Part shown: in pieces, positions 1-10,899 of the stretch
How positions within the stretch are numbered: the stretch's first letter is position 1
Layout of the letters: each line of letters opens with the position of its first letter
Assembly: GCF_001194135.2 (NCBI RefSeq)
Contig: NC_068983.1
Coordinates: 2,110,538 to 2,145,880 of the forward strand
Length of the DNA stretch: 35,343 bases
DNA from: Octopus bimaculoides
Taxonomy: Eukaryota
Reading direction: 5' to 3'
Notes under the pieces: model-generated
The model's database searches: none
Told to the model about the DNA's origin: nothing
Seen by the model: only the letters and a program-made list of their open reading frames with translations
Program-made: the position numbers and the translations under genes

Positions 1-58
1 ATATATATATATATATATATATATGCATACATACATACATACATACATACATACACAC
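1..58. repeat. (TA)n/(CATA)n microsatellite
   Basis: Tandem TA then CATA units read directly. Confidence 0.95.
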
Positions 59-364
59 TTACATAAAACATCGAAGCGACAAGTCACATATTTGTGATGG
101 AAGACTATCGAAAATACGATGAATACAATCTCCAGATTTGGAGCCGCAACTCTCAGCCTTGTGAAAAAACGGGTTACTCTTCCGATGAATTAACTGGGGG
201 GAGTCTTCTATTCACGATCGTTGTAATCTTTTACTGAAACCTGAATTCAGTATGCAGAGAGTTACTACAACAACATGACTGGACACAGCATCAACAAAAA
301 CACAATTGAGGAACTGAATGATAAGAACAGCTTATCTAAAGATATATCAGCATGTCTAGATATA

Positions 365-470
365 CAGCTATACATACAAATACATACAAATCTGCACATA
401 CATACATACACACATACTTACATACATACACATATAGATACATACACACATACATACATACACACATTCA
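365..470. repeat. Degenerate (ATAC)n microsatellite
   Basis: ATAC/ACAT units with interruptions. Confidence 0.85.
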
Positions 471-488
471 TAGGAACGAAATAGCCTG

Positions 489-576
489 TTGTTGATGTTG
501 AAATTCCAATGAAGGAAGCTTGGATCTAGGTTGGAAACCGAGTCTTTCTCTAGTAACAAGAAATCTTGAAATAAAG
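489..576 (-). repeat. Dispersed ~90-bp repeat, copy 1
   Basis: Reverse complement aligns by eye (about 80%) to 28603-28691 (ctttattcaagatttctt...ggaatttcaacatc). Confidence 0.8.
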
Positions 577-954
577 TCAATAATGGCATACATATGAAAT
601 CTGTGAGTGGAACAGTAATAATATGCAAGACTTTTCTCAAGTTACAAATGTGAATTTGTTTATGTTAACTGTATCGGAAGGATGGAGCCATATATCGGTG
701 TTGGAAACCGACTCCCTTCTCAGTGGAAGATTAAGAATAATTAAACAAATAGAAGACATGTATATCACACAACTTCTGATGTACGATACACCAAAAATAA
801 CTTCCTTTTCCATACTTCTTTCTGTCCTTCCCTCTGTCTGTTTCTATCTTTCTCTCTTCCTATCTCTCCCCTCTCGCTATCTAGCTATCTATCTATCTCT
901 GTGTATCCGTCCCTCTCTTTTATCCACATACTGCAAACAAATGAACAAACAAGT

Positions 955-960
955 ATATAC

Positions 961-1025
<65 letters not shown>
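955..1025. repeat. (GT)n microsatellite
   Basis: About 30 perfect GT units. Confidence 0.97.
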
Positions 1026-1066
1026 TATGTGTTTCTTGCGTTCGCACAAACGCAATATACACACGT

Positions 1067-1278
1067 GACGGCGAGCTGGCAGAAACGTTAGCAGGCCGGG
1101 CGAAACGCTTAGCGGTATTTCGTCTGTCTTTACGTTCTCGGTTCAAATTCCACCGAGGTCGACTTTACTTTTCATCCTTTCGGGGCAGATAAAATAAGTA
1201 CCAGTTACGTTCTGGGGTCGATCTAATCGACTGCCCCCCTCCAAAAATTTGGGACTTTTTGCCTGGAATAGAAAAAGA
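1067..1278 (+). mobile_element. tRNA-derived SINE, family A
   Basis: Head gacggcgagctggcagaaacgttagc (A-box-like) and ggttcaaattcc (B-box-like). The body gaggtcgacttt...ttcatcctttcggg...taagtaccag recurs at 21110, 23150 (-), 25395 (-) and 22830 (-). Confidence 0.9.
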
Positions 1279-1289
1279 TATACAGTCAT

Positions 1290-1392
1290 GTATATATATG
1301 TATGTATGTATGCATGTATGTATGTATGTATGTATGTATGTATGTATGCATGTATGTATGTATGTATGTATGAGTGTATGTATCTCTGTATG
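1290..1392. repeat. (ATGT)n microsatellite
   Basis: Tandem ATGT units. Confidence 0.95.
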
Positions 1393-1724
1393 TATCTGTT
1401 ATTGAAGAGCGAGCTGAATTCTTGCTTAAAAACGACTGCACACACTCACGTAAAATTGTATATGTATGCTGCAGAGTGTGTACGCGTATGCTTGTATGGC
1501 ATGCACGTATGTATGTAGTTGGGTTGGTATGTTTGCTGGGAGCTCATATTCGTGAACATGCTTCAGCCATCACGTCAGGATGGCGCCACTAACAAAGTGA
1601 CTGTGCAAATTTAGCCATTTACCACGTCGTCTTAAATCTGTCGCTCAGATGACGAGTAATAAAAGCAGAAAGTCACAAAAAAAGATAATTGATTGTTGCT
1701 CACTGGTGGCAGAGAAAGAAAGAG

Positions 1725-1815
1725 GGAGAGGGAAAAAAACGAAAGAAAGAAAGAAAGAAAGAAAGATAGAAAGAAAGAAACAAACAAAGAAACAAAGAAA
1801 CAAAGAAAGAAACAG
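1725..1815. repeat. (GAAA)n/(CAAA)n purine-rich microsatellite
   Basis: Tandem GAAA units. Confidence 0.85.
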
Positions 1816-1974
1816 ATAGAGTTAGGACGTGGATGTTTATTAAAAAAATCGATGTTTGACATCTGTTAAAACCTTTCTAATATATATATCAAGAAAGCTG
1901 ACTATTAATAATTAATTAATTCATACTAAGGAATAATGTTTAAGTGGTTAACTAAAGATGCACGACTAAAATTA

Positions 1975-1991
1975 GATAGAGAATAGCTAGC

Positions 1992-2060
<69 letters not shown>

Positions 2061-2148
2061 ATAGATAGAGCGAGCGAGAGAGAGAGAGAGATAAATAAAT
2101 AGAGAGAGAGTGAGATAAATAGATAGAGAGAGAGAGAGAGAGAGAGTG

Positions 2149-2192
<44 letters not shown>

Positions 2193-2290
2193 GCATACAT
2201 ACTTACGTGCATTTATACACATACACACACTTATATATATATATGTATATACATAGACACACATATAACATTATATACGTATACATCTAT
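1975..2290. repeat. Compound (GATA)n/(GA)n/(TA)n microsatellite
   Basis: Alternating GATA and GA arrays. Confidence 0.95.
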
Positions 2291-2339
2291 ATATGACTGT
2301 TTGCCTGTAATATATATTACCATTTTCGAAATCAGTCGA

Positions 2340-3503
2340 TGTTTCCTATGGTGTTCTATTTAAGGCTGACCGTGTGAACCCTCGGCGACTGAGTAATGGG
2401 TCACTGATGATGATTGATTAAATATGAAATCAGCTCTGATATGACTCCATCTTGCTTGCCGTAGGAAGGAAGCTTGTTTCCCTTGTCAGTCGTTAGAAAA
2501 GTGCTCTCATGTGGCTAATAGCTGGTTTGACTATTATTTCTAGTATTGGATACATTTTGAAGCTAATGTTGATGTTATTTGGGCAATGCTGGCGGTATAC
2601 TCTCCACATCGTGCAAATAATATATCGCTCGCGGCGGCGCTGGAGAGTGTAGAGTTTCAAGGCTTTAAGGCGGTCCCAGTAAACGAGATCAGTCATGCTC
2701 TTAATTCGTTTAGTGAATGCCATCTGGGCTGATTCAATTTTCGGGATGTTTTGTTTTGCATGGGGAGACCACAGGGGGCAGCAGTATTCGAGGTGTAGCC
2801 GTACAAAGAGGAGAAAAGAGGAATTATGATACCTTGTTCTCTGGACCGGAAGGTCCAGCAGCTCATCCTAGGAGCTATATCAACCTTATTGTTGATGTGG
2901 GCATTCCAGCTTGATTTTGTTGAGGCATTCTTCAAAGCACTTTAGAGGAGCTTGGGGAGTCCTGTAAAGACCAACAACTATTATGTCTTTGGCCTTGTTG
3001 AATAGTGATATGGATTCATATAGCCATTGGCGAATATGTCCTTGGCATCAACTGAAAAGAAGTCATGGAGAAAGATGGCTGTTCTCCCTTTATTCCGGTT
3101 TGTACGATCTGCTCATATGATGAAGAAATCTTTTATTTTCACTTCAGCATCCATATGAGTGGTGTTTAGGTAAATTTCCATAAGGATAAAGAAAGGGATG
3201 CAATGTGCCGTTTCGGCAAGCCGACTCTCTATGTATGGGATCTTCCATTTTGGGCAGTGAATGATGGGTTAATGCCACGTACATTTAACAGGAATGTCGA
3301 GGTACGGGTAGATTGATGTTTGTATTGTTCTAAGCGCTTACTCTTATGTGTTATGTTGTTCAGAGATACCAGTGAGGGTAGTTTTTGTATGGACCTGTGT
3401 GTGATTCTCTAGTTGGTGGTGGGTGTGTCTTCCTTGTGTTTTGCATTAATGGTTGCTGATAGCGCGTTGGATCTCCTGGCTTAGGTCGGCCTTTATATTT
3501 TCT

Positions 3504-3505
<2 letters not shown>
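2340..3505 (-). mobile_element. CR1/L2-type LINE relic: ORF1 tail, APE endonuclease N-terminus, internal deletion, RT C-terminus
   Basis: Minus-strand translation with frameshifts gives APE motifs (LLNVRGINP; DAEVKIKDFFII*ADRTNRNKG; IIVVGLYRTPQAPLKCFEECLNKIK). These run straight into RT C-terminal motifs (SWNAHINNKV; HLEYCCPLWSPH; LVYWDRLKALKLYTLQRRRERYII). The 2340-2490 boundary is uncertain. Confidence 0.85.
2398..2447 (+). ncRNA. Candidate minimal type I hammerhead ribozyme (degenerate stem II)
   Basis: GGGTCA | CTGATGA | TGATTGATTAAATAT | GAAA | TCAGCTCTGA | TA | TGACTC. The core, stem I (6 bp including one G-U), stem III and an AUA cleavage triplet are all in register. Confidence 0.35.
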
Positions 3506-3509
<4 letters not shown>

Positions 3510-3549
<40 letters not shown>

Positions 3550-3570
3550 CATATACATATTTATTTATAT
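3510..3570. repeat. (TA)n microsatellite
   Basis: Tandem TA units. Confidence 0.9.
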
Positions 3571-3876
3571 TAAGGGCATTACTATACATAAATGCCACAC
3601 ACTAGGAGGGACTCTTAAAGTCAAAACTACCATAATAAACACATTTTACCGAACGCGAGGGAATGCAACTCTCGAAGTGAACCTCTTAAAATCAATCTCA
3701 GCTGTATATCATATGATTTAGTAATTAGTGCACAAGATGCACTCTTTTCTCTTCAGTACAAGCATAGTGAAGACATATAAAAATAAACAAAAATAAACAT
3801 ACCAGTCGAACACCACATGTATCCAGCATAGTACATAGAAATTGTTTATACACCACACAGTATCAGATAAATAGGG

Positions 3877-4345
3877 GAACTTGAGGCAGTCCAATGCTGC
3901 TACACCAGGAAGATTGCGTCGATCGAACAGCTGAATTACTTCCGGAAACTGAAAGAGTTACGACTCTAAATTCTGGAGCGAAAATAGGAGAGTTATGCAG
4001 CGATATACGTATGAAAGATCTTGGAATGGCTGGCACCAAACTTTGGTTTTTCCAGAGCTATACCAGTCTCTGAACTGGACGTGATTGCGCTGTTCCAAAC
4101 GTCCCAGCTATCCCAACGAAGGTGAGGTCCATGTACTGCAATAGCTTGGGATTCAAGGGCTTATAGCTACTTGACGCCTGGCCATAATATCTGAGGGATC
4201 TTCATGGAGTAGAGAGTAGATGTTTTCAAGAAACAACTTGACCTCCTTCTATCCAAGGTCCCAGATGAACATTTATCAAGGTAGGAAACTGAAAAGAAGG
4301 CAGCAGTGTCGAGCTGTCTCGTTCACCAAAGATCCAGCACAGCCA
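3877..4345 (+). mobile_element. CR1/L2-type LINE 3' fragment (RT C-terminus), pseudogenised
   Basis: Translates to ELEAVQCCYTRKIASIEQLNYFRKLKELRL*ILERK*ESYAAIYV*KILEWLAPNFG ... DVFKKQLDLLLSKVPDE, the typical end of this ORF2 class, with stops and frameshifts. Confidence 0.85.
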
Positions 4346-4480
4346 CATCTTTAGGCCTGAAATAGAATAATAGAATAAAAGAATAAAAGAATATAGAACT
4401 TACTTTTCAGTTTAGGTAAGATCAACGACAAAAGTATTCTCTCCAGTGAGAGATAACTATTATCTAATGTACACGGTATA

Positions 4481-4627
4481 CAGTTATGAGATGCTGATAG
4501 TTTCATGCGTTGGAGATGTAATGTAGGCCATGTGCTTAGAGCCAAAGGATTGAAGCCACAAGGCGCTTTATTAAAACTTGTGTAGACTACTTTTCCGACG
4601 CATGAAACTATTAGTAACTCGTAACTG
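4481..4627. mobile_element. Tc1/mariner-type MITE (147 bp)
   Basis: TA|CAGTTATGAG...CTCGTAACTG|TA. The 39-bp inverted repeat (4476-4514 vs 4594-4632) has 5 mismatches. Confidence 0.8.
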
Positions 4628-4639
4628 TATACTCTGCAT

Positions 4640-4795
4640 ATGAGTGTGCATGTATGTATCTATATGTATATATGTATGTATATATGTATGTATATATGCA
4701 TGCAAGCGTGCGTGTGTGTATGTGTGTGTGTGTGTGTGTATGAGTGTGTGTGCGTTTGTCCGTGTCTGTGTGTGCGTCTGTGTGTGTTTGTGTAA
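4640..4795. repeat. Compound (TATG)n/(GT)n microsatellite
   Basis: Read directly. Confidence 0.9.
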
Positions 4796-4899
4796 CTATT
4801 TCAACCCTTGAAAAACAGTTTGATAGCTGTTATAAAACACATCAAAAATCCTCAAACAACCTGACATTCTCAAACACAAAACTTACTCTTCACTTGACA

Positions 4900-5215
4900 C
4901 ACTTAAAAATCCTTTAATGCAGAGTGAAAGGACAAAGTAGTCACATTTAAAACGATTTGGCATATTAGAGACATTAAAATTAAGATCAAAGACCACCAAG
5001 ACACTGTGTTCCCAACCTAAAGCGAAAGCTTTTAAATCCTGCTAAATCTTAGATCGGATTACTTAACAAGTGAATCCTAACTTTAATGACATCAGGAAAG
5101 TTACGAAATTTACAGAATGGCTTAATAACAATGTAGGCCTCATCAGGTTTGATGACATACCCAATGACATTAACGACAATTTGCGTCAATTTCATATTTT
5201 CGATTATATCTGTTA
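4900..5215 (+). mobile_element. Penelope-like retroelement RT fragment (pseudogene)
   Basis: Frameshifted translation KIKDHQD / VPNLKRKLLNPAKS*IGLLNK*IL / DIRKVTKFTEWLNNNVGLIRFDDIPN..RQFHIFDY. This follows the PLE RT pattern LKDHKxNF..CRLINPAKSEIG..ILD..QW.NT..F.QFDI.DFYP as I recall it. Confidence 0.7.
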
Positions 5216-5226
5216 ACATTATTATG

Positions 5227-5328
5227 GTGTAGGTGTGGCTTTGTGGTAAGAAGTCTGCTTCCCAACCACATGGATCCGGGTTCAGTCTTACAGGGTAGCA
5301 CCATGGTCAAGTGTCATCGACTATAACT
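5227..5328 (+). mobile_element. tRNA-derived SINE family B, 5' head
   Basis: ggtgtggctttgtggtaagaagtctgcttcccaaccacatggatccgggttcagtc has A/B-box-like motifs. An antisense relative is at 20660-20805. Confidence 0.8.
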
Positions 5329-6822
5329 TTGCGGTCGCCGTTCGCTCGGCATCGCACCGCCGGGCACCGGAACACATAGTTATGCAAAACGTCGGACTCG
5401 TACGGGATGTAGCGATGCGTCAGACTAGGCATCTCGGGGCTTTTAGTGCCACAATCTATAGTGAGAGCGTTTGTGTGTCCCATGGAGATGTATTTTTAAG
5501 CCTAGTCTTTGCTATGAATTTAACTTGCTGAGAGAAGCCGCTAGCAGCTAACGCCTGGATGTAATATGTAGCGTGACTATTGCAGATTACTTCCGTGGCT
5601 GAGAGATCCGATATCCGGATAGATACGCCTTTGGTTACACCATCAAAGGAAGATTTATGGTAATTAGAGTTTATGCTAATCTATCCAAGGCAGTTGCTGT
5701 GTTTATGGTAGGGGAATTATAGTGAAGATTTTAAATCTAAACTAACATCTATAAAATTAGTTGTTTTGTGTTTTCAAAAGTGAGAGATAAATGACGGAAT
5801 ACCCAGTGTATGGAGATGCTAACCTATCACTTGGTCTATCTCAGAAACAGCTCTAGGACATTCAATAATTAATTAATTGATTGATTAATTAATTAATTAA
5901 TTAATTACTTCAAATTCACCTGACTCTAATTAGATATTTTATATAATTACAAATAGTCGTCCTGCGTTGGCTTTGTTGTCTTTTTCCTCTAATATATATA
6001 TATATATANNNNNNNNNNNNNNNNNNNNNNNNNNNNNNNNNNNNNNNNNNNNNNNNNNNNNNNNNNNNNNNNNNNNNNNNNNNNNNNNNNNNNNNNNNNN
6101 NNNNNNNNNNNNNNNNNNNNNNNNNNNNNNNNNNNNNNNNNNNNNNNNNNNNNNNNNNNNNNNNNNNNNNNNNNNNNNNNNNNNNNNNNNNNNNNNNNNN
6201 NNNNNNNNNNNNNNNNNNNNNNNNNNNNNNNNNNNNNNNNNNNNNNNNNNNNNNNNNNNNNNNNNNNNNNNNNNNNNNNNNNNNNNNNNNNNNNNNNNNN
6301 NNNNNNNNNNNNNNNNNNNNNNNNNNNNNNNNNNNNNNNNNNNNNNNNNNNNNNNNNNNNNNNNNNNNNNNNNNNNNNNNNNNNNNNNNNNNNNNNNNNN
6401 NNNNNNNNNNNNNNNNNNNNNNNNNNNNNNNNNNNNNNNNNNNNNNNNNNNNNNNNNNNNNNNNNNNNNNNNNNNNNNNNNNNNNNNNNNNNNNNNNNNN
6501 NNNNNNNNNNNNNNNNNNNNNNNNNNNNNNNNNNNNNNNNNNNNNNNNNNNNNNNNNNNNNNNNNNNNNNNNNNNNNNNNNNNNNNNNNNNNNNNNNNNN
6601 NNNNNNNNNNNNNNNNNNNNNNNNNNNNNNNNNNNNNNNNNNNNNNNNNNNNNNNNNNNNNNNNNNNNNNNNNNNNNNNNNNNNNNNNNNNNNNNNNNNN
6701 NNNNNNNNNNNNNNNNNNNNNNNNNNNNNNNNNNNNNNNNNNNNNNNNNNNNNNNNNNNNNNNNNNNNNNNNNNNNNNNNNNNNNNNNNNNNNNNNNNNN
6801 NNNNNNNNNNNNNNNNNNNNNN

Positions 6823-6960
6823 ATATATATATATATATATATATACATACATATGTATATATCTACATATGTATGTATGTGTGTCTGTAAGCATGTATGT
6901 GTGTATGTACCTATGTATGTATGTATGTATGTATATATCTGTGTGTGAGTGTGTGTTGAT
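6823..6960. repeat. (TA)n/(TATG)n/(GT)n microsatellite
   Basis: Read directly. Confidence 0.9.
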
Positions 6961-6962
6961 GT

Positions 6963-7146
6963 ATTTACTTGACAACCAGTGTTGTTGTGTTCACCTACCC
7001 CGTAACTTAGCGGTTCGGTCAAACAGACCGTTAGAATAAATACTAGGCTTCAGATATGTCTCGCTGTCAACTTGCTCGACTGAAGCCCTTCAAGGTGGTG
7101 CTCCAGCATGGCCGCTGCCAAATGACTAAAACAAGTAAAAAAATAA
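6963..7146 (+). mobile_element. SINE 3' body and tail (family B)
   Basis: cccgtaacttagcggttcgg...ggtgctccagcatggccgc...aaacaagtaaaa. The same tail occurs at 13385-13476 and antisense at 20660-20705. Confidence 0.8.
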
Positions 7147-7565
7147 ACGTGACTTAACTCTCATACTTTACTTCCTTATCTCTTGGAATTATCTCCCTTT
7201 ATATCAGAGTTTGCTTTTGTTTTAAATATCCGAGTAAAAGCTTAATCGCTCGAAATCTTATCTCACCCATGTATTTTCAGTTCATCAATCATTAACATAT
7301 TTGTGTATTATATATCGATTATTAATACTTTTTTTCAATAAGCAGAATCACTCTATGTCTTTCGGCATAAACCTATTATGGAACTTAGTTCAAGCTGTTT
7401 CCTTTCAGAATTCATATCATGTCTGGTTGTGTCTTTGACTTTCATCTCTCTGCAATAAGATAAAGCAAGCGCCAGAAACATATAGACGTCGAATCAATAC
7501 AATGAATACTTACTCCGAACATTTTGACATAATGGGCCAAAGATAAGAGATCAACACAGACACAC

Positions 7566-7596
<31 letters not shown>

Positions 7597-10018
7597 GATA
7601 TACATACATACATATATATAGTAATAGCTGATATGTTTTATAATTCGAATAACCTGATATAAGTGAGTCGCTGGAAAGAGGAATTTTGATGACAATCTCC
7701 TGCATTAATGTAAGGACACAAACTTTCCTTTAGTCTATGAGTAGCACCTAAAATGTGCGTTTAGAAAAACTAATTCGTTTTTGTTTTAGTTTTGTTTTCT
7801 ATTCAGGACGGCATATGTAATATCAAAAAAATCCATGTTTTAATTCAGCTTTACCAAAGTTAATTCTGTTCCATTCTACAGTGAACCTGAGACAGCGAAC
7901 TGGTCGAGTGCAAAACCAAATGACTGACATGAATCAGCAGTGCTTGAAGAGTTTCCTGTCAGTTTGTTGAGATGGCATTTAAGTTGGTAGGAGGCAAATA
8001 TTACTGCGCGTCATGGTAAAAGATCTCCTCTTGAAGAGAATTACCAACAAAATATGAGAAAAGGTTTCTCTTATGAAAACTGATTTATGAAGACCCGCGG
8101 GGAATCTGGAACTGAAATTATTTTTGAAGTACGCACGAATGGGATAAGTTAGTATGTTGTAAGTGGGAGACGAAGAATTTTAACCTATAGATGTATCGTT
8201 TGCTAAAACCAGAAATGCAGCATCAAACAAATAAACAAAACATAAGAATGAGAAACCCACACCATTTTCATAACAAAACACCAGTCTAAGCAACCACAGG
8301 TGATACATCTTGCAAGCAATTCTATACAAGAATTTCATTGAAATAACACTGGCCACACAACCACATTTGTTTTCTTTCATTGACCAAATGTTTACAAGGA
8401 AACGCCATCTTTCATTATATACCTGAAAACAGAATTATATATATGGTAGAAATAAAAGAAATCCTCAATCGTTGGCAGTACAATGTTGTACACAATTTTA
8501 CAGAAGGTGAGAAAAATAATTATGAAATCGTTACTTACATCAAGAAACAAAACTAAAATCGATGCACAGATAACTCAGCTGTAAAATATATTATGAAATG
8601 TTAATACGACTTCAACTTAGAATATTTTTATATCCGACCTTCACAATTGTATCAATTTTTATATTATTGCCATGATCCTTTGAGACTTATACAACACGTG
8701 GAAACAACAAGAACGTTATTACCTTCAGTTCAATGTCTTTGTGATAATTAATTAATAGCAGTATCCTTAGACAATAACAAAATAAGTCGTCTGCAAATGA
8801 AAAGGAATGGCTTAGAGCAGAATTTGTAATTTATTTCATTTTGTTAACTCATAACTTACAGGATATATCATGCCAAGCGAAGTTGTTTCTCATTTCCTCA
8901 GTTTCACTTGTTTATATTAATCATCAAGCAGTGATTAATATCATCACAAGTTTGAACAAATTAGATTATTGCTGAGTGTAAAGAGATCTAGCAAGATGTA
9001 GGATATAGAAGTGCGACATTTAGAAGGGAGACAATTCAATGGGTGTCACTGTATTGGGTGAGAATTGTACTGAAAGACTTTGGATTTGAATTCAGTAGGA
9101 AGACATAATTTACAAGGTACAGATACTGATGCAGGAGTTAGAGTTATTGCAGTAGAGATGAGACGAGAACGTTGTAAAAGAAACACGCAAAACTCATTTG
9201 TTTAAAATCATTTAAATAACCCAAAGTCCTGTGAAACGTTAATAAAGATGCAAAAAAAAGGTATCAGAAGCGGGGAAAAGAAATGAGAGGATCGAATCAC
9301 AGTATACAAGGTTGCAGGAAAGATGCTCGAAAATTCAATAAATTTCAAAGCTTAGATACAAATATTTAAACGTAGTAAAACATGGATACACACGAATTCA
9401 CACTTTCCACATCTTACAAATAATTTTATCAAATCTATGCATAACCACGTTATATTAGATAAAGGATCGTTGATAAATACTGAGACAAACTTCATTTCAT
9501 CTTCATTGAATTTTCATATGGAGTTTCAGCATAAATTAACGTCGTGATTCACTAATTAGAGTTACTGTAAGCCGTTGTATGTAATGTGTGTTCCTGCATA
9601 TAAATGAGCTTTTAGTGTTTGGGCGTACATATATATATGTATAAGGATAGACAGACAGATAGATAATGGTAGATAGAGAGATAAATAGATATATAGATAG
9701 ATAGATGGATAATTATGCAATATGTGCATATCCTGAAATCGTCATTATTGAGGAGGGAATGTGATTTGGTATTTTGTATCAATAAGCTTCACTTCGATAG
9801 TCAACGCCTTATGATTTTACTTGGATCATTAAACACGATTAATAATACTTTTTTTCTTCGCTTTATGCTTTCAAATTCAAAACTTCCCTATCAGTCACCA
9901 AATCATTCTATGTTATAAATACATTACAATACCTCTTTAACTGAAATATTTGACACATATGCATATACAGTTATCTACCTACAATATATACACACAATCA
10001 CACACACACTCGTACACA

Positions 10019-10055
<37 letters not shown>

Positions 10056-10631
10056 NNNNNNNNNNNNNNNNNNNNNNNNNNNNNNNNNNNNNNNNNNNNN
10101 NNNNNNNNNNNNNNNNNNNNNNNNNNNNNNNNNNNNNNNNNNNNNNNNNNNNNNNNNNNNNNNNNNNNNNNNNNNNNNNNNNNNNNNNNNNNNNNNNNNN
10201 NNNNNNNNNNNNNNNNNNNNNNNNNNNNNNNNNNNNNNNNNNNNNNNNNNNNNNNNNNNNNNNNNNNNNNNNNNNNNNNNNNNNNNNNNNNNNNNNNNNN
10301 NNNNNNNNNNNNNNNNNNNNNNNNNNNNNNNNNNNNNNNNNNNNNNNNNNNNNNNNNNNNNNNNNNNNNNNNNNNNNNNNNNNNNNNNNNNNNNNNNNNN
10401 NNNNNNNNNNNNNNNNNNNNNNNNNNNNNNNNNNNNNNNNNNNNNNNNNNNNNNNNNNNNNNNNNNNNNNNNNNNNNNNNNNNNNNNNNNNNNNNNNNNN
10501 NNNNNNNNNNNNNNNNNNNNNNNNNNNNNNNNNNNNNNNNNNNNNNNNNNNNNNNNNNNNNNNNNNNNNNNNNNNNNNNNNNNNNNNNNNNNNNNNNNNN
10601 NNNNNNNNNNNNNNNNNNNNNNNNNNNNNNN

Positions 10632-10839
10632 NCCTTTGAATTACAGGTACAACAGAAACAGGAAGTAAGAGAACGTTGTGGTGAAAGAGTACAGCAGGGT
10701 TCGCCACCATCCCCTGCCGGAGCCTCTTGGGGCTTTAGGTGTTTTCGCTCATAAACACTCACAACGCCCGGTCTGGGAATCAAAACCGCGATCCTATGAC
10801 CGCGAGTACGCTGCCCTAACCACTGGGCAATTGCGCCTC

Positions 10840-10840
<1 letters not shown>
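10632..10840 (-). mobile_element. tRNA-derived SINE, family C (3' part lost in gap)
   Basis: Reverse complement starts ggaggcgcaattgcccagtggttagggcagcg...ggttttgattccc (A and B boxes). The gaattacaggtaca segment is shared with 25630-25650. Confidence 0.85.
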
Positions 10841-10873
<33 letters not shown>

Positions 10874-10899
10874 AATATATATATATATTAATTATATAA

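Noticed and set aside
1582-1600. CRE-like TCACGTCA next to YY1-like GATGGCGCC
   Set aside because: Short motifs between microsatellites with no supporting promoter architecture.
275-2264. ORFs rich in HT, YI, CV or LSIY repeats (also near 28.3-29.1, 33.1 and 34.7 kb)
   Set aside because: They are translations of (CA)n, (TA)n, (GATA)n and (TATG)n microsatellites.
7807-9120. Further plus-strand exon candidates (7807, 7882, 8479-8506, 8862, about 9025-9058)
   Set aside because: Each has either a weak donor or a weak acceptor, and they cannot be chained unambiguously.
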